Below the pieces are notes generated by a model. It searched no databases. It saw only the letters and a list, made by a program, of their open reading frames with translations, and was not told where the DNA came from. 64,000 nucleotides of DNA from Ophelia neglecta (taxonomy: Eukaryota). The translations under genes and the position numbers were made by a program. The stretch is from contig OZ260664.1 of NCBI GenBank assembly GCA_965285935.1, positions 61,566,001-61,630,000 on the forward strand, read 5' to 3'. Positions 13,361 through 28,300 of this stretch are shown in pieces. Each line of letters opens with the position of its first letter. Position 1 is the stretch's first letter.

Positions 13361-16300
13361 CCAGCCAATAATTGGAAACAGGGAAAGACACAAATGGGAA
13401 TCGACCATCACCACACATAATCCTATAACATTTATATTGTGCTTCAAATTCAAAGAAAATCGCGTCAGAACTTTAATAGGGAGTTGGTTACGTTTAGTTA
13501 GTTTCGAACAAAACGAAAGTGTCACGTTGTATATTAATAACAACCACGCATAGGTATATGACCAATATAGATCAATATATTCTCTTTATTCAAAAGAAAT
13601 TCGATACACACGTATGTCCATTTCTAGACGAGCGTTAGGAATGTACAAAGGTTGTAAAGACCCAGGTAACGCAGGCTGTGGTTCTTGGCTTGCGTATCTT
13701 AGGAATAAAATATTTAACACCATAGAGACTCGTGCGGCATAATGTTTGAATAAAAATGAACGCATACCTCGATCATTGTCATTTGAAATGTAACCCCACG
13801 AGAAACGTTCACAACTGGAAAAATAAGTACTATATTCCCTTTTTTTCTATTCATATCTCCTCCATAAGATAAGGGTATCTAACTACCTTTTTTTTAGTGT
13901 CATTCGGTTTAAACTATCCTTGGGACAGTATATTCTAGGATATTTAGTCCAAGGGACGAATTCTACGACTATCGTTTCTCACTGGAGCACCGGCCTTAGC
14001 TTAGTTACTACAAAATGTATGGTGGCAAAGTTTTGCAGCCTGTCATTCGCGACCGGAACTCTCCACCAAACCTCAGGGGAATTTAAGAATGTAAGACATT
14101 TTTCCCTCTGGCCACAAAATATACCTTCCCATCTCCGTTCTTGTAATTCCTCGATTATATTTAGGCTTAATGCATAAAACTTGAGCCGGTGAAAGTCCCG
14201 CCGTGTATTAATTATTTCTATTGAGGATGTTTTAGTGCTAAGCCATTGGGGAATGGGGTTATATATTTACACTGAAAATGCACACCTGTCTTTGTGCTGG
14301 TCATGCTGAGCACATTCGTCTGCTGTTTTGGCAAATGGTTTATTATCACGCCACCCAGTGTCATACACCTGAACCGCCCTGCGGCTTCTCTGTGTAGGGC
14401 TAGACCTTAGGGTGAAATCATTGTGAGCATAGGCCAGCAACGAATGCTCACTGCATGTGTTAACTATGTACTGAATTTAACTTTCGGGGCGTAACCTACA
14501 AAACTTTGAGGACTGTTATAATGAAGAAGACGCCGGGCACCTTCAGACATTTGACTGAAACATGTGCCTATTGGGACATAATTAAATTAGCATAACCCCA
14601 ATTTCTTCTAACAGCGTTCCCTTTTGGTCGGCCAGTAAGCAGAAATCACTTTTCGTAGATTAACTTAATCGACAATCAGGGGATGTCCACAGAGAACTCA
14701 TATTATAATTTTCGAATTGGCTAGAAATCGACCTTAACAAAAGATTTAGGCTAATTTAAAGAAATAAATAACCAACCTGTCGAAAACGGATTTTCTGTGT
14801 GCAATTAGGGAAGAATTTCGACAACCCATTTATCCCTCGGCTCAATGGCATGACAGCTGGATTTTCATCCTAACTGACAGCAGAGTGCTCAACAAGATTT
14901 TCTCGTGACTAGTCAGTAAAATGGAGTTTGTACGGAGGGGAGACAAAATATGTGCCACAATCATTAATGAGATCAAGCCTCTCTGCGGAACACATCTCTG
15001 TCCTATCTCGACCACTGTCTCGTTTGTTTTGTGCTACATATTTATATGACTTGCGTCATAGAAAAGTGTTGACTAACATTACGTCTTATTGCAGGTGATA
15101 AAATTATTAAATTAATTTGTTATAATTGCTATGGATAGACGCTTTGCAGTAGGGGCAAAGGGGTTTACCTGTCCGGGCTTGCAGCTGAGTGTTCTTGATG
15201 ATTTCCGACTGTTTAAGTAGACTATTCATGAGTAGTGATTTGGCCTTGTCCGTCGTGTATCCGCTCTCGTTCTCCCTGTTGAATATGATCAGAAGTGCGC
15301 ACAGTTAATTCTGCCTGTTCTCATTTATTTCCTATTCTTACTATTAAGTTGAAGCAAATATTGATGAACTAAGGCTTTTGGCATTAATATGCACAATATG
15401 TTTAGTGCCAGTATTCACAAAGCGAGTGATGCCATTTCGCAGCTGACAGTCCTGATCAGCTTGGATGTTTTAAATTTTTGTTTCTGAAGTAACTTATTGG
15501 ATTCGTTTTTATGTGATCATACATTCCTGGTTTTCTATGTAATGAGCTGTTTGTAACTTAGGGTAATTGTTTATCTGATTAAAATCGATTTAATTTATAC
15601 GCTGCGGAGAAGAAAAATGTAACCGAGCTTGGATTGTCAATTAAAGGATGAAAAATGAATCTTTTTACAGAATAATATCACAGAGTTAAACAAGCAAGGT
15701 GCTTTAAATTTTTAACCATTAGCTTTTCGTCCATGTTATGTAAGCTATATACACGGATAAGTAGTTTATTTAAGGCGCATAATTGGAGCAAGCAAACGTT
15801 AAACTTTCTCTTTCTGTCTAAGTTAACTATAGTTCTAGTCTGGCCTGAAAATGCGCGGTTTTGTTATGTCATTCGCCCATTACCACGCAAGAAGCAAAAC
15901 GTTATTATACCCAAATTAAAATGATCATCCCGTTCTTTAGGCCTATTGTTTGGTCAATTGACAGTCCCTGATAATGACTGACTGATTAAATGTCATATTC
16001 TTGATTGAAGATTTGGCTTTGTAAAATAATAAGTGGCAGTCGGCTGTAGCAATGTGCATCCGAGGACAGCATATTAGACAGAACATGTATATTATCTCTA
16101 AGAGGTCGAACCCTGTGTTCCGAAGAATGATTTATTCAGTACGAAAAGCAAAGTTGTGATGTGACTTTCCTTACTAGAAAAAAGAGACAGATGGGTATAG
16201 ATGAACCTATGTACATACGAAATTATTTGCATCAGTCAACACAATGCTTTAATAAATCTCAAGATATTGCAGGACGCTTGGCTTATTTATTCAGAACAAC

Positions 16301-16544
16301 TTGACACTTCTAAGTTTTCATACACACAAACATACAGTTAGCGATGACCAGTGAAACTAAAGTTATGCTTTTCATGGCTAGCATAACGATGGAAACATGC
16401 CAAATTACGTAGTTTACAATGATATGTTTTGGACTTTTTTTGGAACGTTTTCTTAGAATTCAGTTATGCTTAAGCCGTTGTTTTAACTACCGGAGAACCT
16501 ATTAAATAAGAGATTGAGCAAGGTTAAATGTATCATCAGGGGAT

Positions 16545-16850
16545 ATTGAATTTCCAACTTTCGTTCCTCCAACTAAAATATCCTGTAAAATAATCTATTT
16601 TAGTAGTTTCCTTGAGCCAAAAGGGATTTTCGCAGCATTCAGCTTCAATTTGTTGGTAGCCATCCATGTGTGGATATGGATAATGATTCGACCAATCAAT
16701 CACACTCCTTTTATAGCCTGGCACCATCAGTGGGTCCTTATATAGTCAGAAAGGCTGGATTCTCCTTGGCATACCGGTAAACATTTTGACTATGCCATTG
16801 CGCCGGTACCAGATGATAAAGCGAGTAAAGGGCTGTTCACGTTATATACA
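16545..16850 (-). mobile_element. L2/CR1-type LINE RT relic
   Basis: YRYAKENP (decayed YADDTQ) followed by IHTWMATNKLKLNAAK..GSRKLLK..ILVG. Confidence 0.75.
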
Positions 16851-18449
16851 AACGTGATGAAAGAGACATGGTTAAATTTACACATGTGTCGCAAACCCGG
16901 CAGACGAAAGCAGGCCTCTATTCAATTAAGAGCCATATATAAATCCTCTTCAATTAACCGGGTACCGGCGGATTCCACATTGAACCAACAAATATTCAGT
17001 TTTATATCCGAATGAATTGAAAAAAGAAAATCAGCTAGTGGACAACGAGCGAGTATGTTGCAGACAAAATAATCATTCGAAACGCAGGAACAAACCAGAT
17101 AAGTTCAGTTAATCAGTTCCATTTTTAAATTTGATTTTGACGCTTCATGGTAAACACCCAAAGGTAAGGTCTCCTATCATCAATTTGGGAACTTTTCTGC
17201 CGTTCAGTAATTCAAGCACCGCTACTGCTTTGACAGATATAAGTTAATCATGAAAGACATGCTTTTATTAACTGTTTCCATTTCAGTTTTTACACGATTA
17301 ATGTCGGATATTTAAAGCTTCATAATGAAAGGGCAATGCAGACAATCGTAGTGCCTTCCACTTTTTCATAATTACTTGCAATATTCTCCAGAGTAATCAG
17401 TACCCCGCACATTTGCGCGATCACCAGCGGCAATGTATGCCAGGGAAAAATGCCAACACATTTCTTTTTCGAATCAACAATTAGAAGCGGCAAGATTAAA
17501 CGGGCAGCACTAGCTACGAACTGTCCCTCGACATATATCAATTCCACTTCAAAAAAGTACAAACAACATACTTGTAGTTAAATGGGACGAATCGGATCCT
17601 TTGTAAGATTGAAAATAGGTCATGGTCCCGTACGACGTCTGACACAATACAAAACAAACCAGTAAGTCTTTAAAGAGAGACAAAGGCCCCCTTTGGAGAC
17701 ACTAAAATGTACTAAACACTCACGCTTATTAGAGCAGAATCAAGTTTACGAATAACCTTTTGTACACGTAACTGAATTGGGGTAATGGTGCTGCAAATAT
17801 GTTCTGAAGAGGTGTGATGGTATTTTTCCGCCGTATTATGTGTCAATAAACTTAGTTGCTTAACTGAACCAGTCACGTCTTTCTTGTGACTGTTTATGAT
17901 CGGCTGTATACGATTAGAAATCTCAATGTAACGGGTGAACGAGGTCCGTATTGATGAATTTTAAACTACACCGGGTGATATGATATTGTATGTACAAGAT
18001 GGCGACATGATTCACTTGGCGGGGACAACCCTTTACCGATTAATAAGATAGGTCAGGTCCGAGCAGCTGCGACATAGAGTTCACCGAAATCGTGTTAAAC
18101 TAAGTATTACCTTAAATATACAAAGTAGGCACCTCTCGGAACACCTTCAGACTATTAGGCAAAATCTGTTTTTATACTAGAGTCTGCAAGTCGTTTCATA
18201 CTTGTTATTTACCTGCATGTGTATAAGAATTTTTTAAGGACAACTTAATGGAAAAAATAGAACAAGCAAGAAAGTTACTTCGAATTTAGGTTAGTTTGAA
18301 GTGTATTGAAGGTTAATTGATCCTGGAGCTTTTTAGATTGCTAATTATTAACACCGGAGATCAACAGGTTTCTAACGATGTTTAGGTTTTGAAATACACG
18401 CGTGCTCGTGGTATGCTGGCGAGATGGTTTATTTCTATACCATTGGACC

Positions 18450-19030
18450 AGTCACCGACAACAAGTTGCCTTTTCAATGATATTTGTATCTAAGTCCATG
18501 AAATTCAATTTAGAAATACATGCTTTACATCGATTTGCCGGTGGCTAAGGCAACCGACATTCGCCTGCCATCGTCCGATGATGTATGAATGCCGAAGAGA
18601 GCTCGTTGGCGCGTTGAACTAAAGACTTTATCAACGTCTGTAAATGCAATGTTCCAATTAACAGTGTGCATGGAGGCTTGGGACGGTTAAGACGTGAATA
18701 TGTTCCAATAAATAAAGACAACTCGTCCTAATTTTTAGATACAAACGTGAACATAACAGCCCCGCACACGCTTCTTTGCCCAATCGTGACCAGATGGCAT
18801 TCAAACATCCCCTAAATATGTCTGCTAAATGTCTTCCGTCAATGGCTACGTAACATCCCTGTCGTCTCTTGAAATTGGTTTTCGATGACCTTGGAGAGCC
18901 CCTTCTAAATGATACTGGGTAGGCTAAGTTGAAAAGCTGGTCTCGAGGGCAGACAGAGAGATATTGATTTTTACCATTTCCTGTCTCCAGAGCGGCAATA
19001 ATGCCGATCTGTACAATGTTATCTGGGATA
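18450..19030 (-). mobile_element. Non-LTR retrotransposon RT relic (explains the 137-aa ORF)
   Basis: PDNI, LETG..W.KS, SLPSII.K.LSKVIENQ, GAVMF..SKN.D, RQR, FMDL in LINE RT order across frames. Confidence 0.5.
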
Positions 19031-20849
19031 TTCATACATATCGTCTGTTGGTCACCAAACAGTTTATACATTAATCTAGAATTGTCAATAAAAGTGTTTA
19101 CAAGCGTACCTTTAATAGTTTTATATGTCTATAAGATGATAGAACAATGAATACATTATATGGGCTACTTTTTTAAGGGCATAACTGCGTGCGTGATGTC
19201 AAATTGGCCAGTAATTTTACTTACCAGAAGTCGCATAACCTGCCTTCAGTTGAAAGTCGTGCTTTCGGACTCTATGTGAGTGTTGCAATAATTGTGGCAT
19301 ATATTGTTCTTTTTGTAGACTTAATATTTTGTCAAAATGGATTGGTTATTTGAAGCTGTAAACACAAAGGTGTAGATATCCTGCAGACTATGTGTACTGG
19401 CATAACTAAAGAAAAACGGGCGTAGATACTCGGCAGATAAAGCAAAACCACTTACCAAGAATAGTCCATTAAATCGGTTTGAAATCTTAAGAAACCAGCA
19501 TTAAGAAGTAGTTAACAGCTTTCCATGATGCGAGTCGAATCGCAGAACAAACGAGTCAGTGCTCAAAGTAGGACAATCATAAACATATGCACACAGGGCG
19601 AATATTTTGCTATGTTTTTGCCAAATTATATTTGTTATCCCTCTTGTAGTGGTCTGCGCTGGCGACATACAGTTTTATGTGTTTTAAATTATTCTATACT
19701 TGAATACACTCATCATACTCTCCTACTGATTGCACATAAATGATATATGCAAATGAAACGTTTAATAGAAAAATAAAGACAAGTAGTTTCCGAGCGATTT
19801 AACAGTTCCTCCTCTCAAATCATTACCAAATCAAAGGTTGAACAATTTACACAGGAAGAACATTGTGTTGAATCTAATAATTATGAATTTGATAACTAAA
19901 AATAATGGTTTGGGAAAAAGCTGCATAATTTAGGCTCATTTATTAAAGATTTTAGTACAAGTACAATAAATGGCTTTATAGTACATTACAGAGCAAATAT
20001 GATGATGTTAGCTCTCTCATATTATTAGGAGACTATTTATGTAAGTGTCTCAGTAGAAACAAGGCCAAAGAGGGGTAAAAAAGGTCTCTGCATATATAAA
20101 AGGGTATTGTTATGAAATCTCTTCGTTAGTAGTGTATAATGTTACTTACGTAAAGTTCGCCATTTGCGCTTTTACTGTAAGTGAACGCGAGCATCTGCAA
20201 CGTGCGATATTATAGCAATATGTAGCAGATGCCCATGGCCGCTAGGCCTAGAATGAGCGGAATAAATCACTCAAAGCCATTGCGGTATTTTACTCGTGAA
20301 AGCCACAGATAATGAACAAAATAATATATCAATATTCAGACACATGTTATATCATAAACTGTTTCTCGTGTACGTTTACTAGTTTTTAATGCCCACATCA
20401 TTTTTAATATCTATCCTTATATATATATTATGTATTATTGTACATGCATTAGTTGCCATCTTATATGGTATGAACTACCACATTCCTGTGCGGCCATACT
20501 ACCCAGGTTCGGCCATAGTCTGGCGTCCAAAATAATGGTTTCCTTGCCATTTGGACATCATACCAAGTAGCACAAGAATTACAGCTATTATGGCAACTGC
20601 CAGAAAATTCCATACGTAGCAAAACATGTTACCTATGGAATATCAACATTTAATACCGATACCTATGAGTAAATCAAAACCTAAAATATGATCGCTATAA
20701 ATGGAAATGAATTGGCATAGTCATGTATACAGCTGGGGTAACCTTTGGAGTGAAAGAGTTAAACAATGACAACCAGAAGCTACATATGAGCTGTCTAAAG
20801 GAGAGTCCTCGGTCGTATTTTGTCTCTCCTCGAGCATGATGAAATCCTT

Positions 20850-21180
20850 TATTGGATTCCACAAGTGCTCGATGAGTGTTAAAGTTAGATAAATTGGTGG
20901 AACATTTATCTGTGAATTTGGAAAATGCTCGTTTTAACCTGCAGAGCTCGTATCGCTAGGTTAGTAATTTGGACACCAGGACTACGTTCATGTCTCCTGT
21001 TAAAATCATGCAGAAAAGCACAAGCTCTCTCAAGAACACTTCTGGATATTTCTCCTTGAAGCATTTTCATCAGAAGCGACATGCATGACATAGAAAACGT
21101 GAAGGACGACCACCTTTTTATGGAATTTGGTGATTTAAGATAGAGACTGAGAAAATCCCAAACTCAAAAAGAAATCTATA
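20850..21180 (-). mobile_element. Penelope-like RT C-terminal relic, copy 1
   Basis: RACAFLHDFNRR..LVSKLLT.RYELCRLKRAFSKF; aligns with 59225-59400 with mostly third-position differences. Confidence 0.8.
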
Positions 21181-21369
21181 CATTCCTGCTTTTCTGTATA
21201 TGTATGCTGTAGTGTGTGGTGCTCATCCGCCTGTTATATGACTATACATAATACCAGTTTGGATGAAGAATCTTGTCAATTTGCAATTGTTCTATTGGAA
21301 GAAAAAACAAAAATGGGAGCGGATACCCAGTAGACAACACCAAATACTCGAGAAAAGTCCATCATATCA

Positions 21370-23600
21370 GTCCAAAATCATCACGATCTGGCATCCACAG
21401 CTCTACACATCAATACGCCAGTCTCCCGCTCCCACACAATAAATAAACTTGTAATACAAATAGTCATGCGGGAAACCATAAATTTGTTAATAAGCATCCA
21501 GTTACAGTACAAATTGCAGAAGGTCTAGCCTAGTGCTATTACCTCATATGGACCGCACATATGAGTAAGTAGGGATTACAAGAGGTGGACAAGTCCGTGT
21601 CAATCTATCGACTCGTGTATCATTGAATCCAAGGCGAACACTGAGCAAATGGATTCTATTTGTAGTATGAGAATGGATATGTCGCCGTTTCCTGCTTTCA
21701 TATAAGAACTGCCTTTGATCAAGGTGCATCTACTGAAGCATAAGTAGTTGATTACATAGCCGTATAGTTATTTATATTGCGTGTAGCGAACACTTTTACT
21801 GAAGCAAACATGTACACACTCATTCGCCTGATAAAGAAATTTTTTAGCTGCCGTCATATATCAAGCTAATATATATATATTAACTAGCAGTTTCAAAGGA
21901 TCCTAATTACATTTGTAGCGGTTTTTCTCCTATAGAAATGTTAACAACCTGGATGTTTGATGGCTAGAAGGATTAAACAGTTGGATCAGAACGTAAGTAA
22001 AACAAGATTGATGGAGACACACAGGGATTAGAAATTGCAATGGCGTAACCAGTAACCATGTTACCATGTAACCATGATTGGGTTCTGTCATCAAGCAATG
22101 TATTTGGGAAATGTAAAGTATGTTTGGTGTTGAAACCTATAACAAGTTCGAGAGGTTTGGTAGAGCTCTTCCTGCGTGTGACGCTCAATGTTTCATTCCC
22201 TATTAGGTTCTCATTTTAAAGGCATCCATATTGGATGCCTGAAGCCCTTCCTTGCTGTCTCTGCATATTTAAGTATCTAATTGCTTGTAGTTGATACGAT
22301 GAAGTGAGGTATTGGTCTGAAAGTGGGGGGAACACTAATTGCATGGACTTTGCTTCAATTATGGTGAAGTAACAAGGGTATCGCGAGTTTAGTCAGTAAA
22401 TGTATCACTAAAGAATGCACCTTCGCGTTAAACTGTTAAGATATTCTGATCTGATGGGCTCTGTTGCCATTCAATGTGAATATACTCGACAGGAGACCTG
22501 ATACAGCCAAGTTGAAGTCAAGAGCGTTTCATTAAAGCACCACAGCAATCGTTTAAAGAAGGCTTCCGATGAACTCCCGAGGCTAATGACATTGGCCGAC
22601 GTTCGTGTCTAGGGTTACGGTATGAATCTAGTCGGCCGTCTGGTAAATATGTGAGAGCACATACTAACTGTCAACAACTAGAGATATCAAGCACAGGCAA
22701 ACCAAGATTTGCCAGCCCTATCGTCAATGTGTTGAAGTTTGTATAGGAACCAAAGTGCCCCAGACACTGGACTTTTGATATCCACATTAATTCATACTAG
22801 TAGTTATCCGTGTATTTTCCACTGATGGTGAAGGGATGCATGTATTTATTGAAAAACACGTGATGGAATTCTTAGCTACAATTATACGAAGCAAGAATAA
22901 CATGTGCAATACTATTATTGAGGCCTCAATTCTAATAGAAGCTTGCTACTGCAAGTACCACGACAAATAAAGACATTGGTTGTACTCAGAGGAAGAAAAT
23001 TATTGCTGATTTAATTTAAACTGATGCCTATTACCTCACTACAAGTGTTTTTGAATTGCCACAATCAGTTAATGATGTGTCACCGATGACGATATTACAC
23101 AAGATGCGCCCTGGTTAATGTGTAGCATCATAGGCTATAAAGTGTAACACGAGGTTGCAAATCTGCGACTTACTGTTACTGGTGCATCCATGTAAGAGTC
23201 CTCGCCGGTCTTAACATTCTGTGAATAAAGTAAAGATAACATCACACACAAAAAAACAAGATAACTGGCAAAAAAGATTATGGGTTTTCTCCAATTTTGG
23301 CAGAATACATTTACTTATCTCTAGAACAGTGGACATTGTGTCGATGGAAGTGATCATTTTTTTTAGATGCCTGTCACCCTCTACAACCAGTGGGGTTATC
23401 ACTGTCAGATATGATTACGTACGTATGCTCCTCCGGATACGGTCGATTCTGGCATACTAGTAAACTTAATTTGAGATACAGAATGTTTACGAAGTCACCG
23501 ATGACAGGCAATTTAATTCCAACTGGAAATTTGAAACATTCCAAACTCAAACAATTAATCCACCATATTGAGACCTCATTCATCAGTTTATCCCTGGGAC
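21370..23600 (-). mobile_element. Decayed DIRS-type retrotransposon (RT, RNase H, MTase-like, tyrosine recombinase)
   Basis: In order on minus: WINCLSLECFKFP, ILPK..LF.QLS, WYLQ, HAS..W, INV, VDS..VLSHI, NVI, QLVFPPL, QLQAIR, RRKSST, KRRHIH, LVIP..CAV, HD..ITS..CRA..RS. Confidence 0.55.
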
Positions 23601-26600
23601 TCACATGAGCCCCTGCATATACGCATCAAGCGCAGAATTCATTTCCTTATTTTGACAACCGAAGTGCATATCTAATTCTAATCAGTCGTCAGCAATTTGA
23701 AGCGATCACAAAAGGCGTTCATGGGTAACAGGCCCCCTAGGCAGCACTACTACCGGATGCAAAGGATGCACTCAGATATCTGCGTGTGTATTTATTTTAC
23801 CGCTTACAGAACTCAATGTCCACGTTCTGAGATATTCATCAAGTTTTGGTCAATTTACATCCTTATGATAAACAGAAACAAACATGAGCATTATAAGAAT
23901 ATAAATTCCAAGGATTATTTTGTTCATTTCTGTCAGCATTCATTGACCCTATTCGATAAAATGCTCAGTCAATCAATATAGAGTACAGGAGGGCTCATCA
24001 GAAGATTCATAATGAGGAAGCCTTCCGGCGATCACACGTAAAGCCCAGGTAGAGATTTGACTGAGGCTCAATTACATCTTTATGCTCCAACATGGAAGTG
24101 AAATTCATGCTTGTGATAGTAGGCACTCGGTGTTTGCTGATTATACAATTTTTCTTATAGAGCAATGTATTTCGCAAAGCGCCGTACTGTCTGCCGATGA
24201 TTTATGCTATTGTGAGTACTAGAAAAAACTGGAGTGACTCCGCGGCAGACAAAGCTAAAAGCATTGTTCAGGAATTGTCCGTTTTGCCAGCAAGCATAAG
24301 GAACTATCGAGTACATTTTGTAGCCTTGTACCTAGAGCGCCACACCATTGCATTGCACTGTCGATGAGGTGTGCGACTAGTTTCTTCAAATTGGAATCAC
24401 CTTTTATCCTTCAATAGGCAGGTATAAATTGAGAAATCTTATCCAGTGTCTAAGGTTTCGATCAACATTGTTGGAAAAAGTTTCATTACATGTTTTTATG
24501 GCCACAATTAATTTCTTTTTAAAATATGGAGCTGGAAGTTAATATATATAGATAACAGTGGATCGATAAAATAAACAATTGCAAATTAAAAAGTGTGCAG
24601 TGCCTACCCGGTATCCACTTAGCAATAGAGGACAACCAAGTTTTCACGATACCATTTATAGCTCAGTAAAACTGTACAATATTAGTGTTATAAATATTGG
24701 AAGAGTTCAAGAAACCAGGATACACGAATAGCTGCGATTGGAAGAGGTCCTTTTAATTTTAAACAACTAGACCGACTATAGGCATATTGCGCCAACAAAA
24801 AATGTTATATTTATTATCCCAATTAAAATTTGAATTGTTTAAAGGTGCCTTGGATACTTTGCAAATATCAAGCCTGAAAAAGATAACTGTTTTGCTCATT
24901 GACATTGATGTCAGAATTGCTTCTTCTGTGTTCCATGGCTTCAGTTCTTTTGGTCAATATATAATAATGTTTAATATTATAAATTTCACATCTGAAACTT
25001 TTTTTATCATTGTGCTTTTAGTTGCAGCGCTTTAAACAGGGTGATTGAATAGGGGGTTGCGCTGCATTGTTGTTGCCCTAGCGTGCCCTTGGGTCCGATA
25101 TCAAGTTATCTTATATGATGGCTGTTCACATGGAGGTGATTTTTGGCTAAATCTAAATGAGAGTCTCCATAACAAATATTATAGTATGGTTTATTTCATT
25201 TTTGTTCAAATACATGAATATTTGTGGAATACATTATATCTAATCTGAATCTGGATCTACTAGGATAAGTTTGTATCAATGTTTATTTATGTTCTTCGCC
25301 CATGTATGTAGAACAAACAGTCAGAATAATATAAAGGTGTCCGTAAAACATCAGTTGGACCATTGCTTAAAAAACCCATTTGCTTGAATACTTTGCTTCA
25401 ACTATTATTATTAACCTGACTTCAAATATATACGAAAGCGAATAGTCATTAAAGCACAAATACTTGTAGGGAGCATAATAGCAAATGAAAATACAAACAC
25501 AAACTTTATCACGCCCACTGAATAGAAACGGAAAGTTGGTCAATTGATATTCCCCACTGGTTTCTATGGCAATATAAATATCTGAATAAGAGGACACATA
25601 AAAGCTTCTTCTGCACTGATGTGACATTTCAAGTTATAAGCAAATTAGGCTTAACGATGACAGTACTAAATTGTCTCTTATCTTTCCACTCTCTTCAAGC
25701 TGGTTAACGTCAATTAGCAAAGAAGACACCACTCATGTTCATGTCGCAGTAAAAATGACGAACCACCAGGTATACATAGAGGATGATTTTTTTCATGGCT
25801 GGCTCAGAGATTGAGCTTAACGGTGCCTCGAGGGATATGCTGAAAGAACTCACGGATATGTTGTGGAGCCTGGAATAGAAAAAAGTGTATATATATCATT
25901 AGCGTCTTGCGCCAATACACAAACATATTTACGATCTAGAAAATAATTAAAACAAATAGCATACAACTAACGGTATTCGTCGTTTGATAAGGATTTCGCT
26001 GAGCTGCATCGGCAATGTTTTGTTTTAAATTGCAAAGCAGTCAAATTTCCACTTCCTTTTATCGAAAATATGACATATAATTGATTCAAACTACATTGCG
26101 CTTAAACGTAACATTGAGGGAATTTGGGTAAAAACAAATTTCTTATATAGGGGAATGGAAGATACATGTGCAGTTGATGATCGTTCATTTAGAATGTTAT
26201 TTATGGCTCTAGGTGTTGCAAATTAGAAACATGTCGCTTTTGATAACAGGAAGTGCTGCCCATTAATGTGATCCGACAGGTGTGAATCCCCACTGAGTCC
26301 ATAAGTGGTTATGTCTATACTGGCACGCCAGGTATAACATTACAGGTATGCTGAGTATGTATTGGAGTACGTACCTTAGAAATTAAGCATGTTTGTGCCT
26401 CACGCGATTGTATGATCATATTATTTCTTGTCTGAAATATCATTGAATATGATATATATATATATACCAAAGATAGCTATAGATGCAACCTCTTCTTGAG
26501 CAAATGGTTCTGGTTTTTATTTGCTCCTCCTAATTGCTGGTTGCCTTCTCTAACTTATCCATGCATAAATTGTGGATAGAATTTGTGATCAGGCTTGTAG

Positions 26601-27164
26601 TAGAAACACGATTGCCATGCCTAATGAAAGCAGTGATGGAATTTGAGATACCAAGTTGTTAACTATAAATTCGGTGATGCTAATATTATCACATGGGGAC
26701 AGAAATTGGTTTAGATGATGTATATTATTAGCGTGTATAACAGTGAGCAAATACCACTTAATTATAATTCATATTAAAAGATTATAAGGGGGAGAGGTAT
26801 TAAAGAAAGCTAACATATCGTAGCAAATGCGTATCTTATAAATATTTACGGATAATTGGCTTCTTTTAGGTGAATCTTCTAGCAGTTAACCAACATTGTA
26901 TTCTGCATTACAAATTGTTTTTCCCATCGTGACTACACTCTATTCTGTCGTCTTGCCAAGAGCAAAATTGCATCCTTATTGACAGCTTAAGCACGTTTAC
27001 AGCTTAATCGTGTCTATTCCATTTTAAAAGACGTTAGGTCCAAATTAATGTTCGAATGATGGACAAGACTGCACACCAAGGCTATCATCAATGTGTCTTA
27101 CCCCGGGCAGGCAATCTTACCCCTTCTCACGACAATAGTCCTGCTGTGAATGTGTCAAACAGGG

Positions 27165-27495
27165 GACCTCAATTATCTCTTCTGCCACATTTCACAGGCT
27201 AGGACGAAAACATGGCTAAATGGTAATCATGGAAAGGCAGAGATGGGAGAACCAAGGCATTGTGCTCCTGAGATGATGTAATGCTCGGTCACCATTATGG
27301 CCATTGTTGTTCCGCTAATGTTCAGAAGATTGCATTTCCATAATTGGCTGGTGGCGTATTGTCTGCTTTGTATAATGTGTGAATAGATAACCATGTTGTC
27401 TGTGACCGACAAAGAGAAGCCTAGTCTACTCAAGCTTGCCTCGGGTTGATGTCTGTCTCTTTATTACTCCAGCCTATTTTCTGAGCACGCGTTTA
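27165..27495 (-). mobile_element. Three-copy family member C (probable DIRS RNase H/MTase-junction relic)
   Basis: Nucleotide-alignable with 38380-38740 and 61140-61505 (shared cctcaattatc, taaatggtaatcatgg, ccattgttgttcc); reads GWS..DIN..TDNMV..SHI..IISGAQ..VF..CEMW. Confidence 0.55.
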
Positions 27496-27869
27496 TGTCA
27501 TTTCCAGCTATATTACGTATACGCTAGCAAGGTCTCGTTAAATGTGTGACCATATGTTTTTAAGCTTTTAAATAAGTTTGATATGGTAGTATTTGGAGTG
27601 TTTTGGGCTTATTAAAATAAAATTTAAATAACAAACTTATCATAACTGTATTATAGATTCATGTATTTTTTATTCGTTTTGAAATAAAATAAAAATCAAA
27701 CACGTTCTTAACAACATAGCAATGACACAAAAAACCTATAGATTGGCAATTTCAATTAAAATAATCGGCGTGTTACGCAGTTTAACATTTTGTGTGCCCT
27801 ATACAGTTAAACTAAAGTTTGAGGCCTCGAACATATAGTTATCCATGCCTGATGACTATAGTTTGCCCA

Positions 27870-28300
27870 TTATTAAATATTCTTTCTCATAAAAATAGAT
27901 AGTTTGCTTTTGATGGCATTTGTGATTTGAACGCTGGTTAGAAATTTCATAAAAATACTTGTCAGTTGCAAGTTCTGGCAAACAAGAGGCTGTGTACTGA
28001 TAGAACGTTGCAATTTCACCTGCAAAGAGACATTGTTCGCGATGCATAATTGACACAAATTCATATTTATACAACCATAATATCCTATAAAGATATCCTT
28101 TCCTCGGAAAGTATTATCTTATGTTAGGCTGATAGCATGGCAAGTGATTGGACTTTCAAAAACCAAGGTACTATAGGAATCGACGGTGGCATTACTAGAA
28201 CATAGTATCTGTCCCTCTGCATTCGGTTCCAAATCAAACCATTGTCTTCTGTCATTTGGTATATAAATAAAATAGTGAAACAAGTGAATTCTATTATTGC
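27870..28300 (-). mobile_element. Non-LTR RT relic
   Basis: FIYIPNDRRQ (cf. SYLxDRxQ), STL.., CLFAGE (cf. LFADD). Confidence 0.5.

Noticed and set aside
18658-19071. 137-aa ORF as a novel gene
   Set aside because: Better explained as mixed-frame readthrough of a decayed LINE RT.
21973-22188. GPCR TM7-like AISNPCVSP peptide
   Set aside because: No other TM segments; embedded in the ordered DIRS motif series.
22220-22240. 9-bp hairpin as a terminator
   Set aside because: Eukaryotic DNA, no U-tract, expected by chance in 64 kb.
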